A stretch of 64,000 nt of DNA from Aplysia californica. Taxonomy: Eukaryota. Made by a program: the position numbers and the translations under genes. Shown piece after piece: positions 48,085 through 62,559 of this stretch. The notes beneath the pieces are model-generated. The model ran no database searches. It was given only the letters and a program-made list of their open reading frames with translations, and was not told the origin of the DNA. Each line of letters starts with the position of its first letter. Position 1 is the stretch's first letter. The stretch spans positions 628,848 to 692,847 of the forward strand of contig NW_004797584.1 of assembly GCF_000002075.1 (NCBI RefSeq), written 5' to 3'.

Positions 48085-48246
48085 ATTGTTATTTCTCTTT
48101 CACAACATTGTGTGTGTTTGTTTTGATGTTTTGTTGAATTATGTCATGCATGTACAAGACTTTGTATACATTTCATATCTCAGAGAGGAGCTTCTTCTGT
48201 ACATCTCCGTAGTAAAACATTTAAATTTGTAGAGATATATAACTTT

Positions 48247-48410
48247 GTGGGAGGTTGGCGGGTGCCCTGGCGACATTTGCTCCTTCTTTTCTATCAAACA
48301 TCTTTTATCCTTATCTCTCCCCTTTCTTTTTTGTGTTTGTTACTCTTGTAACACCTCTATTCTTCGGCACTTATTGATTGTATTGCAAGTACCATAAAAC
48401 TTGCTAAAAA
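48247..48410 (+). mobile_element. Short retroposon family B copy
   Basis: Matches the family B consensus. Confidence 0.78.
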
Positions 48411-48599
48411 TAAAGTAGATATTATAATAATTAATATGTCATATTTCTTTTCCACTTTTGCTTTTATGATGAAGAGTTAAAATAAGAAACATTTAAGCCT
48501 GCACAGAGAAAGGAAGCATCAGGTTCAAAACTACCTCTCTGACACTGTATCTTGAGATTTGAAGAGCTTTCAAGGCTTGTAGCTCATGCAGGCAAGAGA

Positions 48600-48776
48600 T
48601 GAGGAGGTACAGGCTACTAGGAGAGAGTGAAACCCACTGGATACAGTCTGGACAGAAAAGTGGGAAAACATGGAATAACATCAAGAGGCTAGCCCAGGGT
48701 AGGGAAAGATGTGAAGTGTTTGTTCGTGGCCTATACCCTTGAACAGGATGAAAAAGACAATGGCGATGACGATGAG
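48600..48776 (+). mobile_element. Degenerate RTE-like LINE 3' end
   Basis: Residual GKTWNNIKRLAQGRE...VRGLYP coding pattern followed by a gatgacgatga tail. Confidence 0.55.
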
Positions 48777-50134
48777 CTCATGTTGGATCCTGGTTCTGAA
48801 ATGTCTGTGTCACAGGGATACCAAATCTCTGGTTTTTCCAGCTTTTTTCCCATTTTTTTTCATACACTTGCAAAGGAAAGGGGAGAGGTAACAGTTACAG
48901 AGACGTTTTTTTTTGCTCATTTATAAACTTTACGAGGTTCATTTTTGGTGAGATGTGATGCTCCGCCCGTTTTTCAGTTTTTTTTTCTAAAATCATTTGG
49001 CGTCAGTTCTAACCATTTATCTCTCTTACAGTACAGTAGTGAACGTGAGCGGATGAAGATTGCAGGGATCTACTATAAGACTATTCTTTCCAATCATTTT
49101 TTTCAAGATTACAGTGATATAGTGTGCTGGACATCCATAAAATTATATGTGGGAAAAACTTTTTTTGTTTGGTGCTTTCTTCTTTTTAGTTTTCCGGCCG
49201 TCCCATCTTTAGTGCAGCAGTGTTTATTTCATACCTCAGAATAGAACAATAACTGCTGTGATCACAGCTCCAAAACTTTCTCTCAGATATTTGATATAGA
49301 CATCAAATATGTGTGGATTTATTGCTGGTTCCATATTTAACGCATGGCTGAAAAAAAAAAGGCTATTGTATCACCATAGACCGCCAGTAACCACTAGGAT
49401 TGCTGCTCCAAAACTTGTTCTCACATCTGATATACACATCAAATTATATTTGTGTGGATTTATTGTCGGTTGCATATTCAACGCACGGCTGAAAAGTGTA
49501 GGTTATAGTAGAAATATTTATGCTACATTTTTCACGATTACAATATCCATTTGTTATTGATTGTAATTGTTTGAATAATAAAGTGAGTGGTAAGAAAACA
49601 CATCTCACCTGAAGGGAGTATTGAGATGCTAAAAACAGAAACTACAGTGGAGTCCACTAAATCAAACACAGTAAATCTGAAAACAGCAGTAAATAGAAAG
49701 AAAATGAAATCCCCGATCTTTCTCCTTTTATTTGAGCAACATCTCTATTGTAAACATATCTCTCCACGTGGAGAGATATTATGCACCCCGCATAATTTTG
49801 CAAAACTTGATCATTTTTTTCATAATTTCTGATTATTTTCCTTCATCATTCTTTGTTAAAAATTACAGAATCGCATAATTTCACATTTTGGGGCTGTTTG
49901 CACAATTTCTGAATTTTTCTTGCATAAAACGACGGGGATAGACATATCTAAACAAAAGAAAATCAGCCTGTCCCAAAGATTTTGGTAGAAGGTGGCTCCA
50001 CTTTATATCGACTGAAGGAGCCTTCTACTTCTATCAGTAGAAAAACTTCCTAGTTGATTTGATGGAGAGAACGATCCACTCCGTAAGTAGATGTTTACAT
50101 GGAAAGATTTCGAGATGAACCTCAGTGAACAAAC

Positions 50135-50512
50135 CAGGGTTCATACAGAGCAGGAGATTTTTTTCCCTTTTCCAAAATCAAGACCAGATTTCTTTTTTCC
50201 AAGACAAAAATAACACATCAATTCGTAAGAAAATTTTTCGTTCAGTATGCAAAAATACATATTTATGGTACACTTCAGACAGCGTAAAGTCGAGTGAACT
50301 TCCAGGAATTATTTTTACAATATATCTATATCTAGTTAAAAATTTGTTTTTTAAGACTTCCAAGAATTTTGCCAACTTCCCAAAATTCCAAGAGTTTTCT
50401 ATGTTTTGGACAATAAAAACTACATTCCAAGTCCAAGAGTTTTCCATGTCTTGGAAAATAAAAACAACATTCCAAGAGTATTTACAGTTTTCCAAGACCG
50501 GTACGAACCTTG
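50135..50512. mobile_element. hAT-like MITE
   Basis: cagggttcatac / gtacgaaccttg ends; repeated ttccaag subterminal motifs. Confidence 0.55.
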
Positions 50513-50676
50513 ACAAAACAGAAACTTGTACATTATGAGAACATTGAGAGTTCAGAGCAAGCCTACACACTAAAGTCATTCAGGTTTACTTTTATATATA
50601 ATAATGTGCGCGCTCATATGACCTTACGCAGTTGCGAGCACCGTAAAACCCTATACTACTACTACTACATATAATA

Positions 50677-50925
50677 ATGTGAAGCGTGCTGACAAAATGA
50701 GTCACTCCTCAGATTCAAGCCCTATGGAAATAGATAGGCTACATCACGCTCATAGGTAAAGTTTTTTTCAATTTATCAGTATGAAATAACAATGTTATAG
50801 TTATACATGATAAAGAATATTGCATCAACAGAAAATCTACAATTTTGACCCTAGTGTCGATTTTTGGCCAATATCTCCATTTGCGGATTGCGAGAAGTAA
50901 CTCATTTTGTCAGCACCCCTCACAT
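50677..50925. mobile_element. MITE (~245 bp), copy 2
   Basis: Same TIRs as 14993-15236. Confidence 0.8.
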
Positions 50926-51527
50926 ATATATGTCCCTAGGGCAACTTTGAGAACCAGTTGTGCAATATAAATTAAAGCTCTTTAAAAAAAACCCCAACAA
51001 ATCAGTGATGTGTTTAAAACAGTTTATTGTGAACCAGTCTGGACACTCACACGAGATTATGTTTTTCAAAAGCAGAACATTTTCATCATAAATCATCATA
51101 AAACAGAACGAAAAAAGTTGAATGACTAATAAATATTTCAAACTTCTGAACAAAAAACAAACACAAAAGTCAAAGAGGCGATATCAAAATTAAGCGTTAT
51201 GTTGCAGTGCATTTCTTACACCTTTTATGTGAACTGGGTATACCTACTAAATGTGTGAATATTTCTTAAAAGCTTCTTATAAGTTTATTTCAAAATGCAA
51301 ATGAAGAAATTGCTAAATTATGTATTTCTCTATTCTCTTACCACAAATTCTTGTTGCTTACAGAGAATGTGTCGGCGTTTCATCTCATAAAATTATGTCT
51401 TTCAAAGTTTATCTAAAAAGAAAAAGGCAGAAGTAGTTATTAACAAAACCCATCCAAAAATAGACCTATAAATTGTATTAAAATACAGGTTTGCCCTGAG
51501 GGAGAAGGAAGCATATTGTCACATAGC

Positions 51528-51780
51528 AAGTAGATCTAGTCAGATGGGGACAAAGATGAGGGTCAGGGGGTTAAAACAAGTAGATCTAGTCAGATGGGGA
51601 CAAAGATGAGGGTCAGGGGGTTAAAACAAGTAGATCTAGTCAGATGGGGACAAAGATGAGGGTCAGGGGGTTAAAACAAGTAGATCTAGTCAGATGGGGA
51701 CAAAGATGAGGGTCAGGGGGTTAAAACAAGTAGATCTAGTCAGATGGGGACAAAGACGAGGGTCAGGGGGTTAAAACAAG
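51528..51780. repeat. Minisatellite, 5 x 50 bp
   Basis: aagtagatctagtcagatggggacaaagatgagggtcagggggttaaaac; one substitution in the last unit. Confidence 0.95.
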
Positions 51781-52692
51781 AGGCAAAAGACCAAATTTAA
51801 CAGACTTGAAAGTTGGAGCACGAAGTTCAACATATAATTATAAAAGGAGCCCTCAGAATAAGAAATTCAGGTAAATCAATAACTACAAATAGAAAAGTGT
51901 CAAAAAAAAACTTGGTCTAGTCAAGAGGAATGTAAAAATAAAAAAAAAACAAGCAAAAGGAAATACCTAGAATTTTGTTGTGATTTCAATTAAACCTCTC
52001 CCCTTTGTACTTCCAGATGCCGGCAGATAATATCCAGATCACCCCCCCCCCCCCACGACCTCACAAAAATTTCCGTAGATGCAAACAAGGGTGTTCTTTG
52101 AAAAGGCAAAGAAGTTATGAACTACTAGGCTTTTGATGCATTTAATTTACACGCACTTGTAAAAATGTCCCAAGTTTTAAAAAAAAGACTGAGCAGTTTC
52201 TGGAAATGATAACAGATTTGCTTATAAACAACGCTGAACACATCTTCCTTTGATAGTTGCTCTTTCATCAATCATCAAAGGAAATATCATGATTTGAACA
52301 AAAATTAACATGAAATAATTTGTTCTCAGGTGGTACATCAGATATCTTTGAACGCAAAAATAAAAACTCAAGACAAAAAACAAAATAATGAGTTACTTTC
52401 ATATTCATTATAATATGTGTATGGGAAGGCCACACTATCCTTCTAAAGCTCTATACATACCAAATACCTTACTACAAGCCAATGAGATGACGAGTCTAAC
52501 ACACACACAACCGCGCACACACACACACACACACAACCGGCCCCAGTTAGGTGCTTCGCTGTAGTACACAAGAGACCTGAGTTCAATTCCCAAGTGGGGA
52601 GAACCTTTATCGAGTATCGCAGTCTTTCTGCTGTGATGTATCCCTCCTAGCTCGGGTTGGCCCTGGTGATAGTGATAGGCGGGTCAGCTTAG

Positions 52693-52861
52693 TTTTAGTT
52701 AGAGTTTAATGGCACTTGCAACACAATAAGGTCACATAAGTGCGGAGGAATAGATGTGTCACAAGAGAATAACATACACAAAAAAGGAGGAAAGATAAAG
52801 ACGATAGATGTTTGATAGAAAAGAAGGAGCAAACCACACCAGAGCACCCGCCAACCACCCG
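52693..52861 (-). mobile_element. Short retroposon family B copy
   Basis: Matches the family B consensus. Confidence 0.8.
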
Positions 52862-53414
52862 TGAAGGGAAGGTAGGAAGTCTTGAAGTGATCTAAATAGT
52901 GTCAATGGGAGCATAAAAACAGCTACATTAAAAAAAAACCCACACACACACATGCACACACACTCAAGTCCTTGCGTGCGGCATGAAATATTTCGGCATG
53001 TTGGTCTCGACTGAACTTTGGTGAGCAAGCTGCTTTTGATATAGCATCTATATATATATTACATTCTCAGTGGCAAAACAAAACAAACAAAAACTTTACG
53101 ATCAAAACAAAAAAAATAAAACTTTGCATGACTACAAAGTCCTGCAGATCTATCAGGCACAGCTCTTGCAGCACACAACATCTAGTCAGGAATACCATTT
53201 TTTTCGTGTTGGTAGGAGCCTTCTACACTTCTTTGGGACTTGAAGCAGATATTTTTTTCCCATCTCTTTCACTGCCATTGTAATTGTCAGTTATCAAACT
53301 GCAGACCCACACAGACACAAGCACACATTTTGACACTTAATCATGCACGTACAACATACACATGCAAAGCAATACGACCACACACTTACGACATTTGAAT
53401 TTTAAATTTTTACA

Positions 53415-53495
53415 AAAGCAAGTCAGTTTCCGCCATTTTCACTAAAGCAAGTCAGTTTTCCCCATTTTCACTAAAGCAAGTCAGTTTCTGCCATA
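53415..53495. repeat. Short tandem repeat, ~3 x 29-30 bp
   Basis: aaagcaagtcagttt..ccattttcact. Confidence 0.8.
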
Positions 53496-53614
53496 AATAA
53501 TACAACGACACTTTTGAAACACAAAAACACACATTTCAGTTTGGATTGATCAGCAGTAATAGAACAGTAAATGCACCAGGCAGGAATCTCACACAGTGAC
53601 AGGAGCAGGGAGAG

Positions 53615-54015
53615 ACAGGTCCTTAGAAAGAGTAACTGGGATCAAGAGACGCGCGAAGTCAAAGAGAACAGGGGACTTTATACAGTTGACAAGTCCTTAG
53701 AACAAGTAGTAACTAGGATAAAGAAAGATCGGGGAGTGTAAGAGAACAAAGGGACTTTATACAGTTGACAAGTCCTTAAAATGAGTAACTAGGATAGAGA
53801 CGCGAAGTCAAAGAAAATTAGGGACTTAATACGGTTGACAAGTCCTTAGAACTTAGATAAAGAGAGATAGGGGAAGTAAGAGAACGAAGAACTTTATACA
53901 GCTGACAGGTCCTTACAACGAGTAACTAGGATAAAAAGAGACACGAAGAGAATGAGTAACTAGGATAAAGAGAGACGGGGAGTCAAAGAGAACAAAGAGA
54001 CTTTATACAGTTGAC
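53615..54015. repeat. Degenerate tandem repeat (~65-80-bp unit)
   Basis: Recurring agtaactaggata...gactttatacagttgacaagtcctta. Confidence 0.8.
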
Positions 54016-54490
54016 CCTGCCTATGGGGGTCACCTGTACCAATGGCCACAGTCAGTCATTTTTCTGACAAACCCATTCTTATCTTAAATAAACCTGTTCA
54101 TATGATCACCTGCTACTAAATCTTTCTACCAATCCATCGTAAGACTGAGTGCGTACGTCAAATCAGTTCAAACTTTTAATCATTATTAATGATAAATAAC
54201 AATTTGGATAGAAATGAAATGGAAAGATAAAATTAAGAATTCTTATTTTAAACCATCCGTTGACTTTGTCAAATCTAGTAAGTGACATTAACTCAAGCCC
54301 TGTCAACAGTGGCCAACCTGTCTCTAACGGTCACTTTTCTCTGTGATCTTGAGTAAAAATCATGGACCATACTTCATTCAAGTCAATTATGGGGAAATAA
54401 ATACAATGACTGATAAATGTCATTCACAGTTGCATGCAAATGTGGGGTGGGGGTGGGGGGAAGAGAAGGCAAGACAAGACACGTCCAGAC

Positions 54491-54617
54491 CAGGTGTCTC
54501 AAACTCGTGCCCGTGGGCTAATTTTTTTTGGGATGTAACATTTGATGCGGCCCAGGCTCACCCAGACTTTATCTCTGCCTCCAGTGGCCTCCGGATAGTT
54601 TGAGTTTGAGATCACTG
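54491..54617. mobile_element. hAT (Charlie-like) MITE, 127 bp
   Basis: caggtgtctcaaactc / gagtttgagatcactg; 8-bp near-TSD gtccagac / gtttagac. Confidence 0.75.
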
Positions 54618-56374
54618 GTTTAGACGGACTGAATCAACTGAGGTAGAGGAAAGAACAAGGGGGGAAGAAACACAGGTGCTACCTTAGAAGCTTTTCGGAA
54701 TATCATACGCAAATGCTAGCCTCAAACTTCGGCAAGTCATACAAAAAAAAAAAAAAACCAGGCTGCAAAAGCTGATAGCATAGAGACAAAAATTGGAATC
54801 TGAGAAAACAAAAACACATTTTTTTATCATTTGATACCTGGTATGATGATATTAATATCTTGGTAGGTGAAATTCAGATCTTTAAGAAAAACGGACTGTT
54901 CTTTGCATTTCTTTGAAAAATAATGAAAGACATTGAGAAAAAAATACCCACATTCTGTAAGAGTCCCAAGAGTTACAATAAACTAGTAGGTTCGGAGGAA
55001 GGTAAATAAAATTATTATATTTTAGGAACAAATGGAGCAGATCACTGGTACTTTAACAGAAAAAGACTTTGCCTTTGCTTTGCATGAAGTTAGTAAAACA
55101 AGAAATATTAGAGTCATTGAGACAGTAATGTTACATAAACGATTACAGTGTAATGGGAGTGCTCTTGAACAAAGTAAGACGAAAAGAAATCTGGTTTTTG
55201 TAAAAGACAAAGCCACAATTTTAAAAAGGCCATAGGAGCATGCTCAATTAAGATCATATAGAAACAAAGCAAAAGTGCAGATCAAATGCAAGGTAGACAG
55301 AAAAAAAATTAAAAAAATAAACACCTTATCAAGGTTTGAAAACTGTCTTCCTAGAATCAGTTTTTCTTCTGTATCCTCAAAAGAAACCCCAAAGAAAAAC
55401 CAAAAAAATCATTCTTTTTGCGCTGTAGTAAAATACTAAAGGGTTCAAGTCAAAGGAAAGGGGTCGAGGGACAAAGGGGTGAAAAGGCAAGAGGTCACGT
55501 ACGTGTTGTACACTGTGTGTATATTTGTAGAAAAACATTTTGTTGGAGTTGGAGTCATGAGAAAAGTCAAGGCACTATTCATAGAGGTCACACGCTGGTT
55601 TTTGACGAAGGAAAACACATTTGATAGAACTAGAAGAACTGTCACACTGAACATGGACATGCTTGCACCCACATACTCAAGCATACATAAAATATGGCCA
55701 GCCACAGGACCATACAAACGCGAAGACACGATTAAAAAGTGCATTCGTAATATTATGACTCGTGGTCCAAGAGGTATGCCCTTCGGTCAAAATGTTGTCG
55801 CAAACACATTATCAACTGCCTATAATAAACTCTGCCATGCGCCATTTTAAAAGGTGATGTATGATGGAGTCTTATGCTAAGCAGTTGATATGAACATACA
55901 AAATAATATATATATATATATATATATCATATCAAAATTTACCATGAGATATTAACTATATATGTACAAAGTAATATATTGGTAAATCAATATCAAGGAC
56001 TCAGATGTATACTAAAAAAAAGGGGGAAAAAAGAGAGAAAGGACACAATTTAAAGCGAACTAATCGGGCGACATTGCACGGAGAGAAAAAGCTGAATCAG
56101 GACGTGGAATGAGAACAACTCAAGACAAAAGAACAAGCGGATCAGCCAGGCCATGGACAAATCCGGTACAATAACCTGGGAAAGACTACCATTGATGTTG
56201 TAAACAAAAATAAATATGAGAGATTCCACCGTTTTCTACCCATCCTGTAAAGCTGGATCAAACAGAGTCACTCAATTTCATGTCACAATGAAGATAAATA
56301 AAACAATACAGCTAATCATATTATGATGAAGATACACATGTTTTTAGGCTTTTTTCGATTTAGTAAGAGCTTTA

Positions 56375-56521
56375 CAGCACTTGCGATACAATAATTAGAT
56401 TGTATAAGCGGCAAAGGATAGAGGCATAACTAGAGAATAACATAGAAAGAAAAGAAGATAATGACGATAGATATTTGAAAAGAAAGAAGGACAGAAAAAC
56501 TCCAGAGCACCCACCAGCCAC
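56375..56521 (-). mobile_element. Short retroposon family B copy (older)
   Basis: Diverged match to family B. Confidence 0.65.
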
Positions 56522-58888
56522 TATGATTCATGCGCACACACTCAAACACAATCATATTTATATATATATCTCGAGAAAAAGATGGAGATAATCAATAAAA
56601 TATGTTTAAGACTTGAGATTCTCAAATCTACAACTTACATTCTTTGAGTGCAAGACCAAGAGCTACAAAATGACACAGCAGACAGCTATCAGGTTTTTCG
56701 AATGGACATAAGTTCCTCAAACGGCAAAAAAATGCAGTTGAGTGTTCTGTGTGTCCTTGACCTTGACATTATCGTGGACGATGATTCGGGAAAAGGAACC
56801 AAATTCTGACAAGAAAAAGAAACTTACAGGAAAGAACCGGGTCAGATATGTTTGTGGCATACTGTGCTTAGTCAATGAGACAAGACAGTTTCTGAAACCT
56901 ACAGGACTGATTGTCAGCAAAAATAAAAAGACCAACACGTCATTTCATAAAGACTGACACATAACATGGACAAACTAGCATATTATGTGCTAAACACACA
57001 TCCCGGAGCATCACACTTTACTCAAACTCTGGTAATCAAGAGGAAAGTTGTACAATGTGCCAGCTCATACTTTCTTCAGCACTGCAGAAAAATCATGAAT
57101 GAACCGAGTTTACGGAGCTATTCCAATTGACAGAACAAGTCCTAAAGTGAACGTGTAAGTAGCGCAAACCCTGATGGCACACTATGAAAAACTACAAAAG
57201 GTAAACTTGCTTATGGAAAATAGTAAATACACTCAAACACTTTCGCAAAGTTAAAGACATAGAAAAATATAGTCGCTGTAGTTTATTCTTAAAAGTTATT
57301 AAAAGCAGAGTTCATCTTAGATGTAAAAAAAACAAACTCGATGGCTCAAATGACCCAAATTTTTTCAAAAGACAACAGCAGTAGAGCAAATGACGAGGCC
57401 TACAGAACCCCCATGAGCAAAACTGACATTCTGGACGATATTTTCGCTTGTAAAGGATAAAAAAGGAATATTCTACCACAACAATGTCTGTTTCCATAAC
57501 AAAGCGAGGCGTTAGGTGGAAAAGGAACAAGATAACATGCTTTTTTTTTCTCCCATTGTTATATTTTATAAGCCTCATCGACAATATTTAGACTATTTAA
57601 GAGGCAGGCTGCTTCGACTCTTTAATGTCACAGCCAACCCCCGGCAAAGAGGGATATACTTCCCAGCAAACAGACAAAGAAGATACTTGAGAAAAACCTT
57701 CCCCACTTAGAAATCAAACCTATAGATGTCTTCTGCATCCAATTACAACAGCAAAGAACCTTTCCAAACACAACAGACCACAGTCTAACATGGCCACGGG
57801 TAGATAACATGGTCTGAGGGCAGACTTGCCAAATCCCCCCCCCCAAAAAAAAACCAAAAAAATTCACTTCGCTTATTTTTCAGGCTGGAGAATCGTGAGT
57901 TTGCTTATTTTGAAACTGAAATGTTTATTTTGCAACATAGCCTGAACAAAGGCTTGAACGCAAACAAAATTCTATCATCGAATGCTAATTAATTTCATAT
58001 TCCGATAGTTGATGGAGAAAAACGAGGTATCAGCAATGCTCACGTATTCTCAACTCATGATGAGTATTCGAATTATGCGGAATTGGGCAACACTGACAAA
58101 TTCCAGGCCTTCCACAGGGAGAGGTAGAGACCTGGACAAGTTTTACAATCCGAGTAGGCCTCGACAGCGGGTTTCGAGCAATGGCGATCATGCTTTTACC
58201 GGAAAATTAAAAGATGCATACTGGGTATTTGATTGCTTTGACTGGCGTGCATTTGCGCATTGCTGACAGTTTTGCATACTAGAATACGCAATTGCTTACA
58301 GGCTGGCAAGTATGTCTGAGGGAGATAAGAGCGATGATGTAATTATCCAAGTGCTCTCTCTTGTCGTAAATTAAGTTCTCGCCTTCTATGCTATGACAAG
58401 GGTTCATCTTCCCTTTTTTATCATAGAGTGCAGGAAGAGAGGTGGAAACTCTGACATTCAAGTCCACACCCAGCATGAAACAGTAAAAAGACTAGAGAAC
58501 CATTTTAAAAAAAGAATAAAAAACACTTTCCACAAACAATTCAAATTTAAGAAGCCCACTCGCAGTATGTACAAGTGTTGGTTTCACCACTGTCCAATAT
58601 TATGCCAATTGAACTGATAGCTCTCCTTCCACTTTTTACCTGTTTTAAACAACCACACAAATAAATAAAACCTGAGAAATGTTGCTGAGAAAAAAAAAAG
58701 AACAAAATTTTCCACTCGAAGCAGATACATAAAGAACAAACCTCTCTCAATCTTTGGGACTCAAGATATATGGATTTCGACAAAATAAAAGATTAGATCT
58801 TGCAGATTTCCCATGTCCTATTGTGTCGGACAAACATGTCAAGAGTTTTTGCAAGTTCTCAGAAGACCAGCCCATCATTATTACATCA

Positions 58889-59090
58889 AGGAAAGACTAA
58901 GGGAAGCTGGTGCCTCTTGAGGGTTGGGGAGAGACAGCAACCTGCATGGAAAAGCCGGAAGAATATCCAGTCAGCTGATAACTGGCACAATCAGCAAGCA
59001 GACCCTTCCATGGATTCTGGATAGGAGTGAAGAGCAGCTATGGCATTGTGCCGCCTGCAATGATGCCTATTCTCCAACCAAGTAAGTAAG
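58889..59090 (+). mobile_element. Degenerate LINE 3' end (RTE-like) with (AAGT)n tail
   Basis: 10-bp TSD tattacatca (58879-58888 / 59091-59100); aagtaagtaag tail. Confidence 0.6.
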
Positions 59091-62000
59091 TATTACATCA
59101 TGTCTAACCAATTATCATTAGGGAGAACATATAAGTTATGCATGGTTTGATTCAAGTTCAGTAGTCATATTTGTTCTAGCGTGCACATAGAGAAATCAGC
59201 TGGACGTTGAAATCTTTTTGTTATGTACAAAATTTGCTACTGCGTGTTTTGGATACACAGAATTTTTTTTTTCAAAGGACATAAAGGTGAAAACTCTTTT
59301 TTTTTAAATTGCCCAATGGCCAAAAAAAATACTGGTTTCTTCGGTTTCCTTACTTTGAGGAGCCCTTGATTTCGTCACGATACACATACTTTTTTTTCTG
59401 TATTGATAAAGTATGGGCTTTTCAACAACAGGAATGAATAACAATTTCAGCAGCACAAGTAGTTTTCTAAGACAACGGGTTCATACACATTATCTAAATG
59501 AATTAAAAGCATCCCCCAATAACTTTAATCAAAGGTGTAGAGGAGAAAAAAGAGGCTCACGATACAACAGGAAGATTCAAATCTCAAAGATGCACTCAAC
59601 ATGATGATATCTGATGCAGCGGTCACATATATAGGCCTACATCTCTCCTATTGAGAATATTCCTTTCAGGAAACTGGAAGTACACTTAACAAAATCGCAA
59701 CAGACCACAATAAAGGCATATCTTATTAATTAATGCTGAAGTTTCGCTTCCGTCAAGAATGGCTGTCTCTACATTGTAAAGCAAAGCAAATGTATAATTT
59801 AACGGTCAGTGTCATGAAACACCCAGTCTGGTATAACAGCAAAAGAAAATTGTAGCTGTGGCATAAGAAGGTGTGCAGTATTTTAGATAGGTTTTGAGAT
59901 TCTCTTTCTGAAATGGCAGCATCAGGAAAAGTTACAAGATACACCACAAGACAGGATGATGAGAAAAAAACCTTGCTATGTTATGCTTCATACGACTACA
60001 GACTTAAAACCAATCTCACCTTTCGTAATACAAGCAGAAATTGACAAATAGCGACAAACCAAATGAAACTTTCCCGAACACACACATTCTGAAGCCTAAA
60101 ACATATGAATAGATTTAGATACGGAAAGAAACTCTGCGGACATGACAATTCTTTTAAGCTATGAACATAACACAAACATTTAATAAGCCGTACAGGAACT
60201 CATACATACATATATAATATGTATTATAAAACATTAGACCATCACTGGAAATAAAGAAAAGTAAATCTGAGAAAAGTCTGGAAAGATTAAATTAAAGTTA
60301 TAATAAAATTATGACAGTATTTTACACCAAAAAAATGTGACCAATGAATTCTCATAAGTTTTCTTTGGTTCATATGTACAACACGCACAAAAATACACGA
60401 AACAAGAAAAGAAACTGATACATACGTCAACTAAGGAAAAACATAAACGGCTCAATAAAAACCCCATAAAATGTCCTGGGGCAACATGGATGGCAGAAGC
60501 TGTAGACAAATCACTGTACCCTTGTTCATTACCACATTCATAAAAAAAGCCGGCTACGTATAAACTAGAATTGACTCTTGGACACTAGGCACCATAAAAA
60601 ATGCCATACCTTAATTTTCAGTCCCCAGAAAGGATTACACAGCACAAAATTAACGTCTTCTTGATTCAGTAAGACTTCTAAAATTTGATCACAAATGTAA
60701 GTAATACACATCTAATGTCTTACCCAAAAGCCCCCCCCCCCCCTCCCCCTCCACCGAAAAAAAAAAAGAACCAAACGCAACATCCTCTCAGAATAAAAAA
60801 TGACTGGATCAGAGCATGAAAGTAAAACAAAACAAAAAAAAAGACCAAAGGGAAGCAACTGAATATCGCATTGTGTCACCCCTGTGAATACATTTATAAC
60901 CCAACCCAAAAAACCTTTTTTTTTACAGTTTACTGAAATTTCCAGAAATCAAGGACAGTAGGTATATAAATTTTAGCCCTCCTGTAAGAGCAGAGTAACA
61001 ATAAAGGAAATTACTCAAAGGGCCCAGAACAGTTCCAGACTTTGGTCACAGTAACAACACGCTCAAAAGCACTGGAAGAAAAAAATTGTGACAGCAGACG
61101 GCAACACTGACAGAATAAAAACATGCAGGGCGGTAACCGCCCAATCTTGTAAGGCTTAAAATCATTAATTAATTCTGCAAAAAAAATTCGGCTCTGCCCA
61201 GAAAAGCAGAGACAGACTGGTTTTGTTATTCAATCACAGTCAGAGCCAGCAGGAAAAGTCAGAGAATGAATTTTAAAAATCGCTGAACGACAGCAAATTA
61301 GAGAACACAAAATAACACCAGCTTTGAGCAAAGCAACAAGCCAAAAATACCCCTGTACCCCCCCCCCCCCCTCCCCACTTATACAACAAAAAAACCAAAA
61401 CAATCCCAACAACAAAAACAGATTGAAAATGTAAAAGCAAAAGAGCAATAATAATGGAATCTTGAATCATGTCCTCAACACAGCAAAGACATTACCCTGT
61501 CTGGGCATGTCAGGCATTTCTCTAAACAAATTTCACAATAAATCACACGGAGCAAAACCCAACACAACGACGACAAAAACGACAACTCGAGCCGTCAGTG
61601 CTCTGTCTTCACACACGGTCACATTTCTTTAATGACATATGCTGTCGTGTATCTCTTCTCCAAAATGGATTAGGACTTGTCTCGTAAGGACCACTTTAAG
61701 AGCTTTCATATGCCCCCAAATAAACTACAGGTCACAATCATTCACAATGTTCACACATATATACACACGCACTGCCTCCTCTCACCTCAGCAGTGGACTG
61801 CCAGTTGTGTGACAATCCAACCACTAAAGTTTTCATTAACATCAATGACTGTAAAAAATTACACACAATGCATGCACTTAAAACTAGCAACGTCGCATTG
61901 ATTGTGTGTCTGTGTGATGATGGCCTAGGCTAAAAATGGTTGAAGCTGACGAGAATGAATATATCACGATGATGAACTTGGTTGATTTCTGTAGCAATCA

Positions 62001-62559
62001 ATGCGGGGGTGGTTGAGAGGTTGGGGGGGGGGGGGGGGGCAAGAAAATAAGCTACGACTCGACAAATGAGGTGCCGTGCTGAGAGCATTCTGGAGGGCAA
62101 TGGAACAAACGTCGGAATCCTGAACATACAACAGAGAGGCTGGTTGTCTAGAGAAAAACAGTAATACGTCCTATACCGACTAAACCTGTGGGATAGAGAT
62201 GGGGGGGGGGCGTAATCATGTTGTATGGAAAGGGACTGGGGTGGGACGGGTGGGGAGAAGGTTGTGAGGAGTGAGGAGGTTGTGAGGAATGAGAAGGTTG
62301 TGAGGAGTGAGAAGGTGGAGTCAGCAACTATGCGAACCAGGGTTATCAGCACTGCATGACACAAACTGAGAAAACCTTTGCTTTAAATCAACAGATCCTC
62401 ACCGGGATTAATACAATTTCTCATATTTACTGAACACCTAAAGGTTATGAAAAGGCAAAAGTCAGGGTTTCATGTAATACGATATGTCAACAAAGTCATG
62501 CCCATTAATTAGGAGCACAAGCCCCAGGCCTGCAAACTGATACTCACCGACACACGTTT

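Noticed and set aside
55479-55850. 123-aa ORF
   Set aside because: Non-ATG start, no recognisable motif or splice context; probably a chance ORF
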